From positions 1-43,882 of the IMG/VR virus record IMGVR_UViG_3300043415_000099: a stretch of DNA of 43,882 bases. One strand, given 5' to 3'. Each line of letters starts with the position of its first letter. Position 1 is the first letter of the stretch. The notes beneath the pieces were generated by a model that did no database searches, was not told the origin of the DNA, and saw nothing but the letters and a program-made list of their open reading frames with translations. Shown here in pieces: positions 1 through 8,082 of this stretch. The translations under genes and the position numbers were made by a program. Source of the stretch: a virus. Lineage: Duplodnaviria; Caudoviricetes.

Positions 1-127
1 GCCATGGTGGTTATTCTTCATTCGTCACGTCCGTGAGCAGGATCGTAGAAAAGCCGGTGCCGTCAGGTTGGATCTGGAGCACCTCGAAAGTCTGGCAGGC
101 AATCACGATCTTGTCCTCTCGCTTGAG
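1..127. repeat. Terminal direct repeat (assembly overlap of circular contig), left copy
   Basis: 1-127 is identical to 43756-43882. The join places gene 43131-43760 directly downstream of gene 11-313, restoring gene order. Confidence 0.95.
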
Positions 128-313
128 AGTGCCGATGTCGCTGTCCTTTGCCGTGAGGCGCTTCTGCGTCGTGTCCATGATGATCTCGCCAGCGCTCGCA
201 TCAAAGAAAGCGTCATCGTAAATAGCCGTGATCTCTTTGTCGCCGCTGTCTGTTTGCAAGACGACGGTCTGGCCAAAGTCGGCCGTGAAGATGTGTTGAG
301 GGTCGTGAATCAT
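11..313 (-). CDS. Head-tail joining / head closure protein (lambda FII-like)
   Basis: 100-aa beta-rich protein ending FEVLQIQPDGTGFSTILL; precedes tail-completion genes across the circular join. Confidence 0.7.
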   Translation of the reverse strand: MIHDPQHIFTADFGQTVVLQTDSGDKEITAIYDDAFFDASAGEIIMDTTQKRLTAKDSDIGTLKREDKIVIACQTFEVLQIQPDGTGFSTILLTDVTNEE

Positions 314-552
314 GATCCTGCCAGGTGTTTAATCAGCATGTCTCGCAGTTCTTTGCCGTCGTTTCTGAGAATCTTTCGGTCGTCGTCGCACTCCTTGATG
401 TGCTTTTCCATCACGTCGAGGCGCTCGGACCGCTCTTTGTTGAGTTCACTCACAAGCTGATTGTTTCCCTTCTGGAGCCACCAAACGGCGACAGCCATGA
501 GAAGTGCAGGAAGGCCAGCGGCAGCGATTTGATTCCAGATTTCGGGCGGCAT
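310..552 (-). CDS. Small membrane protein, holin-like
   Basis: N-terminal TM helix (IAAAGLPALLMAVAVWWL) followed by a charged coiled coil; ATGA overlap with the next gene. Confidence 0.5.
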   Translation of the reverse strand: MPPEIWNQIAAAGLPALLMAVAVWWLQKGNNQLVSELNKERSERLDVMEKHIKECDDDRKILRNDGKELRDMLIKHLAGS

Positions 553-554
553 GT

Positions 555-1007
555 TTAGTCGTTGGTAGTGATTTCGGTTCGGCGGGTTTCGGTGATGATC
601 TCCAGTTCCACGAGCTTATCGAGACCAGCCACGACGCGTGCATCGTTAGCATGAACTTCAGATAGCCACGTTGAAAGCTCCAGCCTGAGAGCGGCAATCG
701 TCGGGTCAATGCTGAGCGCCATGGCGGCTTTTTCCGGCATCGTGAACTCAGTCATGAATTCCTGCACGTTGCTCCAGACTTTGAAATCAGGCAGTGCGTT
801 GATCTGCCAGCCACGAGTCACGGTTTTAGCTGGCACGTCAATGGTTTCGGTGCCGACGATCCAATGCGTGGCCGCATCATATTCCGGCTCCGGCTCTTGA
901 ATGAGGTCAAAGACATCATACTCAGGATCGAGTCCAACGACAGGCTCGTCGTCTTCACGAGGGTAAGGCTTGAGCGTTTCGGTAGGGATGTGAAAAAGGA
1001 TCTTCAT
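555..1007 (-). CDS. Hypothetical protein, possibly fibre-associated chaperone
   Basis: 150-aa acidic ORF coupled by ATGA overlap to 1004-1672. Confidence 0.5.
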   Translation of the reverse strand: MKILFHIPTETLKPYPREDDEPVVGLDPEYDVFDLIQEPEPEYDAATHWIVGTETIDVPAKTVTRGWQINALPDFKVWSNVQEFMTEFTMPEKAAMALSIDPTIAALRLELSTWLSEVHANDARVVAGLDKLVELEIITETRRTEITTND

Positions 1008-1672
1008 GCGAAGGGTGTTGCCTGAATTTGGATGTCGTCGATGACGATGTTGTAATTGATCAGAGAGGCATTGGTGCCGAACATGACGCGAGCGGCGTCA
1101 GCAGTAGCGGTGCCAGCCGTCTGCACGACTAAACCGCCAGAAGCGCCGGATGTAGGCCACGACGGGCGAGCGCCGGTTGTTGTCCATCCTGCTCTTGCGA
1201 TGGCGTTGCTTCCCGTGCCTTTGACGTACTCAAGCCAGCCATAAAGCAGCGTGTTGGCTGCCGGAGCGGTGATGGAGTTCGTGAATCCTCCAGCTCCGAT
1301 TGAAACGCGGAATATATTCGATGTGCTGGCAAGCCCCAGTGTGGCTACAATAGTACCGCTTGCATCACGGAGCGTGCAAAGCGTGCCATTGCCCCCCGAT
1401 GCAGTGATGTAATAGAACCTGAATCGCAGATAACACGAGCCGGTTGCCGTGAAATTCTTGTAGGCGTTGATACGCGCAGTGGCGGCGCTCGCGATTTGGC
1501 AAGAATAGCTGCCAGCGATTGGAGCTGGAGCAGTGGCGTATTGATCATTCCACGGTGCCTGCGGTGCCACCGAACTGGTAACCCATCCAGTAGCGCCAGG
1601 CGCTTCAAACTGCTCATTTAACAGTTGAGGCGTTGTCGAGGCGAATTGAAACGGATTAATTATGAAGCTCAT
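1004..1672 (-). CDS. Putative virion appendage protein with lectin-like beta-sandwich
   Basis: N-terminal MSFIINPFQF motif; T/A/G/S-rich beta strands ending IVIDDIQI; coupled to the collagen gene. Confidence 0.5.
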   Translation of the reverse strand: MSFIINPFQFASTTPQLLNEQFEAPGATGWVTSSVAPQAPWNDQYATAPAPIAGSYSCQIASAATARINAYKNFTATGSCYLRFRFYYITASGGNGTLCTLRDASGTIVATLGLASTSNIFRVSIGAGGFTNSITAPAANTLLYGWLEYVKGTGSNAIARAGWTTTGARPSWPTSGASGGLVVQTAGTATADAARVMFGTNASLINYNIVIDDIQIQATPFA

Positions 1673-3402
1673 ACGCGGGTGCCAATAAGCGTGACCTTTA
1701 GACCTGCGCCTGCCACCGTGCTGCCGATTTGGTCGATGTCGATGGTGATCTCGGCATCGTCAGCCAGTGATGTGTCACTAAGAACGGCAGCGCTTGTAGC
1801 CGTTGTGCTTGTCTTTTCATTGCCGTTGCCGTCAATACTGAGTTTAGTGCTTAGAATCGACGTTCCGTTCTCGTTAATATCAACAATCAAATTTGAACCA
1901 TTTGGTGCCGTGGTGACGCTCGCGCGCACGCCGGTTAGCGTCATCGTGTAAGGCATCCTGAACGTGACCTTGTTCGTGCCGGCCGTCAACGCTGTGGTTT
2001 CGTCAGAGCACGCGACTTGGATCTCAGTTGGCAGTGCTGAGAACGTGTCGTTGTCCTTCAGGAACTTGCCGGAAGCTGCACCTGTAGGCGGCACACCACC
2101 GCGCACGCCTGTGCTAATCGCTGGCAGTAAATTGCCATTAAGCGTGCCGCTGGTGATGTCAGCAGCGTCGTGCGTGTGGCTATCAGGCGGAAATGTTGAA
2201 GGAACGCCTGTTAAGTCACCCCATACCGTTGTCCCAGGTGGCCCCTGCTCACCCTGAATTCCTTGGATTCCTTGCTCACCTTGGATTCCCTGCGGTCCTT
2301 CTCCACCGTCATTTCCGGCTGGTCCTGTACTGCCCTGCTCACCTTTTAACGCAAAAGGCCCGTAGCTGCTTGTGGCGGTGTTAATTGTCAGATTGCCGCT
2401 GCCGTCGTCCGTGATGCTTGTGATTGGTGTAGCTTCTGGTCCGGCTGGACCTTGCGAGCCTTCTCCACCGGCTGGGCCTTGTGGGCCTTCAGCTCCATCA
2501 GCACCCTTTAGCGCAAAAGGCCCGTAGCTTGCTCCTGCGGTGTGAATGGTTAGGTTACCATTGCCGTCGTCTGTGATGCTTGTGATTGGTGTTGCTTCGT
2601 TGCCTTGCGGACCCTGTGGGCCTTGTCCACCGTCGCTGCCTTGTGCACCAGTTTCGCCAGGTTGTCCTTTGAGCGCAAACGGGCCATAGCTGGCGTCGGC
2701 GGTGTAAATGGTAAGGTTACCATTACCATCGTCTGTGATGCTTGTGATTGGTTCGGCACCTGCTGCCACAAGCTCCCACACGGCAGCGCCTTCGGTCGCA
2801 TCACTGCACACCCATTCACTGCCGTTTTCATGGACCCATCGCGAGCCAACTCGGAAACGCAAAGAAGCCCTTGAATCGTCGTTCACTGTCGGATCGCTGA
2901 AATTCATGCGCACTTCGCGGACGCCCATTGCCCCGCCGAGGTATGGCTCGCCGTTGCTACTTTGGTCATAAAACCAAAGCCGTCCACCTTCCCACCGCAT
3001 CCGGTAATCAATCGAGCAAATTTGCTCAATGCCTCCGCCTGCGTTGCTGCCGTAGCTTGGATCGCCAGCGTCGAGGAATGAGCCATTTTCAAAGTCGATA
3101 GGAAGCCCGCCCCCAACTCCATCGGCTCCAGGCTCTCCTTGGATTCCTTGCTCGCCTTGCAAGCCACGTTCACCTTGGATTCCTTGCTCGCCTTGCAAGC
3201 CACGTTCACCTTGGATGCCTTGAATGCCCTGCTCGCCTGGCTCACCTTGGATGCCTTGAATGCCCTGCTCGCCTGGCTCACCTTGGATGCCTTGAATGCC
3301 CTGCTCGCCTGGCTCACCGGCAATGCCAGCAACGCCGTCACGTCCACGCGGCCCGATGCGGACTTCCAAAACGGCAGTGTTTTTGATTAGGTCGGTGATC
3401 AT
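1669..3402 (-). CDS. Collagen-like fibre protein
   Basis: Long Gly-X-Y runs interrupted by three PITSITDDGxGNLTIxTAxxSYGPFALKG modules; C-terminal beta domain. Confidence 0.85.
   Translation of the reverse strand: MITDLIKNTAVLEVRIGPRGRDGVAGIAGEPGEQGIQGIQGEPGEQGIQGIQGEPGEQGIQGIQGERGLQGEQGIQGERGLQGEQGIQGEPGADGVGGGLPIDFENGSFLDAGDPSYGSNAGGGIEQICSIDYRMRWEGGRLWFYDQSSNGEPYLGGAMGVREVRMNFSDPTVNDDSRASLRFRVGSRWVHENGSEWVCSDATEGAAVWELVAAGAEPITSITDDGNGNLTIYTADASYGPFALKGQPGETGAQGSDGGQGPQGPQGNEATPITSITDDGNGNLTIHTAGASYGPFALKGADGAEGPQGPAGGEGSQGPAGPEATPITSITDDGSGNLTINTATSSYGPFALKGEQGSTGPAGNDGGEGPQGIQGEQGIQGIQGEQGPPGTTVWGDLTGVPSTFPPDSHTHDAADITSGTLNGNLLPAISTGVRGGVPPTGAASGKFLKDNDTFSALPTEIQVACSDETTALTAGTNKVTFRMPYTMTLTGVRASVTTAPNGSNLIVDINENGTSILSTKLSIDGNGNEKTSTTATSAAVLSDTSLADDAEITIDIDQIGSTVAGAGLKVTLIGTRV
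2341..2752 (-). repeat. Three diverged modules with 162-nt period inside the collagen gene
   Basis: The Gly codons of the ALKG motif start at 2341, 2503 and 2665. Confidence 0.85.
3137..3316. repeat. Five tandem 36-nt units (2 x GERGLQGEQGIQ, 3 x GEPGEQGIQGIQ)
   Basis: Exact nucleotide copies within each unit type. Confidence 0.9.
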
Positions 3403-3752
3403 TCTGTTAAATCGGTAATCTGAGAAAGTAGCGTCAGCTCTCCGCGAATGATCGGGATGTTGCCACTCTCGTCTGCAATCAAAATATTGAAGTCCGCCAC
3501 TTGAGGCGCGATGTCTTCAGGTACCTGCACTTCGATGGTCGCGCCAGTCTCGGCGTCAAGTGTGACCGTGGCAGATTCTCCTTGGCTGTCTGCGGTAAAT
3601 ATCACAGAGCCGGTCTTCGACTTTGCAGTCATGGCCACACGATAATCAGTGATGTCAATCACGGTGCCGTCGTCCTCTTTCAGCAGAAACTGAAGGACGA
3701 ACAAGCTGCCAATCGTGGCGTCAGTGTTGAAGATTTTACAGGAGCAGGCCAT
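3399..3752 (-). CDS. BppU-N-like fibre attachment/adaptor protein
   Basis: 117 aa with a DDGTVIDITDYRVAMTAK motif typical of fibre-anchoring Ig-like domains; immediately precedes the collagen gene. Confidence 0.5.
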   Translation of the reverse strand: MACSCKIFNTDATIGSLFVLQFLLKEDDGTVIDITDYRVAMTAKSKTGSVIFTADSQGESATVTLDAETGATIEVQVPEDIAPQVADFNILIADESGNIPIIRGELTLLSQITDLTE

Positions 3753-3758
3753 GATTTG

Positions 3759-3800
3759 AAAAAGTCACGCCGCGCCCACAATAAGCGAGCGCGGCGGACT
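3759..3800 (-). terminator. Putative intrinsic terminator
   Basis: agtc-a-cgccgcgc / gcgcggcg-gact stem followed by a T run on the minus strand. Confidence 0.55.
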
Positions 3801-3805
3801 GTTAA

Positions 3806-4009
3806 TTATTTCTTGGCTTCTTTGGGTTCCTTGGTCTTTTCGACTTCAGGAGCAGGAGCGGCAGGAGCAGCTTCAACGACTTCAACGGCACGGTTACGTG
3901 CGATCAAGTCGAGAGCGACAGGACGGTCAACCTCAACAGTTGTTCCTGCCTTTGCTGGTTTGCCACCGATCAGGACGGCGCTGGTCAGAGTGATTTTCTT
4001 CTGGGTCAT
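3806..4009 (-). CDS. Small head-associated protein
   Basis: 67 aa directly downstream of the capsid gene; GTTVEV..A..LI motif with an A/P/K-rich tail. Confidence 0.65.
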   Translation of the reverse strand: MTQKKITLTSAVLIGGKPAKAGTTVEVDRPVALDLIARNRAVEVVEAAPAAPAPEVEKTKEPKEAKK

Positions 4010-4034
4010 AGCTTTGTTTTCTAATTCTGAGTTG

Positions 4035-4074
4035 AAAAAGAAACGCCCCAGCCAGTCACCTAACTGGGGCGTTT
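4035..4074 (-). terminator. Intrinsic terminator after the capsid gene
   Basis: AAACGCCCCAG / CTGGGGCGTTT perfect stem followed by CTTTTT on the minus strand. Confidence 0.75.
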
Positions 4075-4078
4075 ATGG

Positions 4079-6043
4079 TTAGTCGAGCACGCCGTATGCG
4101 AAGGCGGCAGCGCGACGGACCTCGAAGTCGATGTCTTGGAAGTTCGACACAATCACGCGGCCCTTGGTGGACTGCGTGTAAGGGTCAACGATGATGTCCA
4201 GGCCACCCCACATGCCGATCAGCAACTCGGAGAAGTCGCCAAAGAACACGTCGCCGTTGGCGATCTGGTTGGTGACTTCAGACTCGTAACCGTTCACGCC
4301 GTTGCCTTCCCAGATGATCATCGAGGTGGCGTCAGTGGTGAAGCGCTTGGTGGTCTTGAAGTGGCCCTTCATACGTGCGTTGTGCACGTAGCGACTGGAG
4401 GCCAAGTCAAGGTTGTCGGCTTCAACTTCCGTTTCCATGGACACCAGTTCAGCCCACGTTGGGTTTGCACCGGCGAAACCGACGAACTGAATGCCGCTGG
4501 TGTTCTTGATGCCGGTCGGCGCATTGCCGGTGCCGTCACCATAGTAGCCAGCATAGTCAATCGCTTGGCCCATGCAGGCAGCGAGGTCGCGGCGAAGTAG
4601 TGCTTCAACGTCGAGGCTGGACTGCATCAGCATCTTGCGAGTGACAGCGCCGTGAGCAGCGACAGTCTTTGGCGAGAGGCTGATTTGACCAAAGGTCATG
4701 TCACGCTGAGGAGCGCTTTCATCTTCACCAATCCAGCCGCCATTGGCACTGTTGGTAAGCTGTTTCGGAATGTCGAGGTCACCCACGAGGCCACCGAGGA
4801 TCGTGCCAAGGCGCATGATGCTGGTCTTGTTGCGGAGCAGCTCAAAGTAGGAGCTGGCCAGCAAGCTAGTCTGGACGGTGTTGCCACCAGTGCCAGTGTA
4901 GCCGGTGCCAGTCTGGATAGACACGATGTCGCGGCGAGCCTCGTGAGAGAGCGGGCTGCGAAGGATGTCCACAGGGATGACAGTACCACGAGCATTCTTG
5001 CGATGAGAGCGGGCGGCTTCGCACACTTCCATCTCAAAGGCTGCGTCTTCACGAAGGCCTTTGTTCTGCGGGTCGCAGAGTGAGCGGATCAGCTTCACGA
5101 AAGAGAAGCTACGCGCTTCCTTGTCGTTCAGGCCGATTGGCGTGTTGCTTTCCTTGTAGGCTGCACTGCGCTTGCTGATTTCATCGAGTGCGGCAGCGCG
5201 GAACTCATCGAGGGATTTGCCCTCGGTGACGTAACGCTCGGCGAGGTCACTGAGTTTGAACTGCTTGCCAGCGCTGGTGATGTCGGCCATGCGTTTCCGC
5301 TCGGTCTTCACTGCTTCGCTGTGGTCTTCGCCGACCTGAATGCTGCGTTGAGCAGGAGCAGGAGCCGGAGCCGGAGCAGGCGGTTGATATTCATTGACCA
5401 TCCGAACGAGTTCGGCGTCTGTGAGGGTTGGAGAGGCTTGAATGCCGCGTGCGGCAAGCCATGCAATCATTTGATCTTTGTTCATGAGAATGGTGTTTCT
5501 TGTCTGAGTTGGGTTGATGATTCTGCCCACGCCGACAGACTGATCGGCAGGAGCTGAGACGATACTGATCTCGTATGGCTCCCATTTGGTCACCACATAG
5601 ACATCCGTCCCGTCGTCGCGGGTTTCTTTCAGCTTCACCTCGTTGATGCGGTAGCCAACGGACACATTCTTCAGGATTCCGTCCTGAATATCTTGCCAGA
5701 CTTCCTCGGCGTCCTCGCGCTTGGAAAAGCGAACCAACGCTCTCCCTTTGCCGGTTCCGTCGAGCCAAGCCCGTTCGATGACACCAATCACCTTGTCGAG
5801 GTCATGGTTGAAAAGTAGTGGTCCGCCGTTGTTGAGGCGGTCAAGATCGACAGCGCCAGCGGAGTGGTCGAGGACTTCAATCATTCCCCAGCGCTTGATT
5901 TCAGCGTCGGAAGAAAACGAAAGCTCCAGCGTGCGCTTTTCCTTGTCCACGTTCTCGACGGACATGACGCGATGACCGGCAGCTCCAGGTGTGAAGCCTT
6001 CCGGCAGCTTACCGATGTCGCGATGGAATAGACTTTTAGGCAT
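4079..6043 (-). CDS. Prohead protease - major capsid protein fusion (HK97 fold)
   Basis: N-terminal protease motifs PLLFNHD, VSVGY and EISIVSAPAD; C-terminal capsid motifs LSPKTVAA and FFGDFSELLIGMWGGLDI. Confidence 0.92.
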   Translation of the reverse strand: MPKSLFHRDIGKLPEGFTPGAAGHRVMSVENVDKEKRTLELSFSSDAEIKRWGMIEVLDHSAGAVDLDRLNNGGPLLFNHDLDKVIGVIERAWLDGTGKGRALVRFSKREDAEEVWQDIQDGILKNVSVGYRINEVKLKETRDDGTDVYVVTKWEPYEISIVSAPADQSVGVGRIINPTQTRNTILMNKDQMIAWLAARGIQASPTLTDAELVRMVNEYQPPAPAPAPAPAQRSIQVGEDHSEAVKTERKRMADITSAGKQFKLSDLAERYVTEGKSLDEFRAAALDEISKRSAAYKESNTPIGLNDKEARSFSFVKLIRSLCDPQNKGLREDAAFEMEVCEAARSHRKNARGTVIPVDILRSPLSHEARRDIVSIQTGTGYTGTGGNTVQTSLLASSYFELLRNKTSIMRLGTILGGLVGDLDIPKQLTNSANGGWIGEDESAPQRDMTFGQISLSPKTVAAHGAVTRKMLMQSSLDVEALLRRDLAACMGQAIDYAGYYGDGTGNAPTGIKNTSGIQFVGFAGANPTWAELVSMETEVEADNLDLASSRYVHNARMKGHFKTTKRFTTDATSMIIWEGNGVNGYESEVTNQIANGDVFFGDFSELLIGMWGGLDIIVDPYTQSTKGRVIVSNFQDIDFEVRRAAAFAYGVLD

Positions 6044-6052
6044 GGTAGAAGG

Positions 6053-7588
6053 TTATTCAGCCGGAGTGCTAACGTCTTGTGCGGTTGGTTGCGGCGGACT
6101 TCCTGGCAATAGGTCAGGCACAAGGCCAAGTGCGTCGAGTGCTTCGTCTTCGCGCTGGCATTCAGCCCACACGTCGTCAGGGTCTCCACCCATTTGGCGG
6201 ATGATCTCAGAGCGAGAGACAAGCTTCTGCCCAATGGCCATCGCGTTAGCCTCGACTTCCGCCTTCGGATCGATCCAGCTCCAGCGGCGTCCTGTGAATA
6301 CCACCTTGCTGTACTTATCCATTTTGTTGAACGGCAGAGCGCCGGTGCCGCCTGATTTCGTCGGCACGCGGATCTTCTCCATCAGCAGCGCCATTTGCAG
6401 CCACTCGGGATAGACTTGGTCGCACCATGCGGAAATAAAAAACTGTTGCAGCCCCTTCCAGACTTCACGCTCATCCAATGCGCCTTGCCGGATGCTGGAA
6501 AAGTTCACGCTCGTAAGGTCACCAGCGAGGTTGTTGTAGCTCACGCCCAAGCCCACGGAAATGGAGCGCAAACAGGAGCGGGTGAACATCTCGATTGAAG
6601 CGTCAGGGAACTGCGGATTCCACTCGACGAACTCTTTGTTGCCGATGTTCTCAAAGACGCCAGGCTCGGCATCCATTGGCAGGTCTTCGGTGTCGTCTGG
6701 ATCTGCGTCGGCATCCTTGAAGAAGCCCATCTTCGACGCACCCACTCGTGCGTTGATGATTGCTGCGTCCTCAAAGGCGGCGAGGTTACGCATACGGAAG
6801 AGAGCCGTGCGGGTCCATGGCAGGCCACGCTTTTGCCCGATGCACTCCACAACATAGACATGAATGACGTCTTCGGCTGCGATGCGCTGATATTTCTTGC
6901 CAGTGCCGAGCACATAGCCCACCTGGCGCTCGTCCCAATCGCGGAACCAGTAGGCCACCGGCTGCTCGTCAGTGTTAAACTCGATGCCGTGCTTGACGCG
7001 GTTGCCGTTGTTAAGCGTCTCAAAGTGAGTCGGGTCAAGGCCCACCGGATCGACGAGCTGAATGGCGAGGCCATGCGGCAGATTCTTTGACCGGCGCTTG
7101 ATTGCAAAGCATTCACCGTCACGCGCCACCGTGGTGACGACTAGGCGCTCCACGTCGGCACGGCTCATGCTGCGGGTGATCTCGTAAACGCCACGCTTGC
7201 TGAATTCCTGCCACGCGGCTTCGATGGCATCGCTTGCAATGCTGTCGGCCTTGCCAGAGGGGTCTTTCACCTGTGCTTGCAGGTTGAAACCGGTCGGCCC
7301 TGCGATGTTATCGCGGCAGAGCTGGAGGAATTTTCGCGCATGGTCAGACTTCTCGGCTTGGTCGCGTGAGCGAGCTACGAGGCTGTTCCAATGCTGGTAA
7401 ATGTAGGAGTCAACGGTGGTCGGTGTGACTGCCCAGGAGGCTGTCAGCCGGTTGTTGCTCGCTGCGTCTGCAAAATGGCGCTCACCGACATCCATCGTGC
7501 CGGATTTCGGCTTGATGATGTGGCCTGCCATGCGGCGGGTCGGCTTATGCTCGGCAGGTTTGCGGAAAAAGGATGAAAATAGGCCCAT
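6053..7588 (-). CDS. Portal protein, lambda family
   Basis: Motifs LVARSRD, GQKRGLPW, VNFSSIRQG and WSWIDPKAE. Confidence 0.92.
   Translation of the reverse strand: MGLFSSFFRKPAEHKPTRRMAGHIIKPKSGTMDVGERHFADAASNNRLTASWAVTPTTVDSYIYQHWNSLVARSRDQAEKSDHARKFLQLCRDNIAGPTGFNLQAQVKDPSGKADSIASDAIEAAWQEFSKRGVYEITRSMSRADVERLVVTTVARDGECFAIKRRSKNLPHGLAIQLVDPVGLDPTHFETLNNGNRVKHGIEFNTDEQPVAYWFRDWDERQVGYVLGTGKKYQRIAAEDVIHVYVVECIGQKRGLPWTRTALFRMRNLAAFEDAAIINARVGASKMGFFKDADADPDDTEDLPMDAEPGVFENIGNKEFVEWNPQFPDASIEMFTRSCLRSISVGLGVSYNNLAGDLTSVNFSSIRQGALDEREVWKGLQQFFISAWCDQVYPEWLQMALLMEKIRVPTKSGGTGALPFNKMDKYSKVVFTGRRWSWIDPKAEVEANAMAIGQKLVSRSEIIRQMGGDPDDVWAECQREDEALDALGLVPDLLPGSPPQPTAQDVSTPAE
6074..6093 (-). promoter_or_regulatory. 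Late promoter box 1 (CGCAACCAACCGCACAAGAC) upstream of the capsid gene
   Basis: Exact 20-mer found four times; here followed by 18 nt, TAACCT, 6 nt and ATG. Confidence 0.8.
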
Positions 7589-7593
7589 GGTAC

Positions 7594-8082
7594 TCAGAAG
7601 CGGACGGCGATGCGCGGCCCAAGCCCGTTCATGCCTTTGTTTTTGCGGTTTTCACGCTGCACTTCTGCGAGGAAATGACTGCGTAGCTTTAGCAGCTCAT
7701 CCACTGAGTAGCGTTCGAGCTCGCGGTTGTTGATTTTGTAGCGAAGAACGCCTTCCTTGGCCTGCCCTGCCAGCATGGCGTCGATCATCTCAAGCGCCTT
7801 GGCTGCGTTTGAGCGCATGTCGCCTGCTCTCAGCGCTGCGGACAAGGTAAAGCTCTCAGTCGAGACGATGCGCTTGATATTTCCGGCGAACGTCGCCCAG
7901 ACTTGGGCTACATACTGCCCTGGCTGCATGGCTGCGGTGTCGATGTTCACGGTCCAGAGGGTGCCGTCTGCGGTCATGCTATGCGTGCCAGTACTCGCCC
8001 CACCGAGGCGTGCTTCGACAGCCGTGGCATCTGCCACGGTCTGAGTAATCGTCAGGGTTTCGCCTTGGGTCAGTTGCGCCAT
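7594..8082 (-). CDS. Head completion protein (gpW-like C-terminus) with an extra N-terminal beta domain
   Basis: C-terminal YKINNRELERYSVDELLKLR motif; lies between terminase and portal. Confidence 0.7.
   Translation of the reverse strand: MAQLTQGETLTITQTVADATAVEARLGGASTGTHSMTADGTLWTVNIDTAAMQPGQYVAQVWATFAGNIKRIVSTESFTLSAALRAGDMRSNAAKALEMIDAMLAGQAKEGVLRYKINNRELERYSVDELLKLRSHFLAEVQRENRKNKGMNGLGPRIAVRF

Noticed and set aside
3137-3316. CRISPR-like array of 36-nt repeats
   Set aside because: The units are contiguous without spacers and encode in-frame Gly-X-Y collagen.
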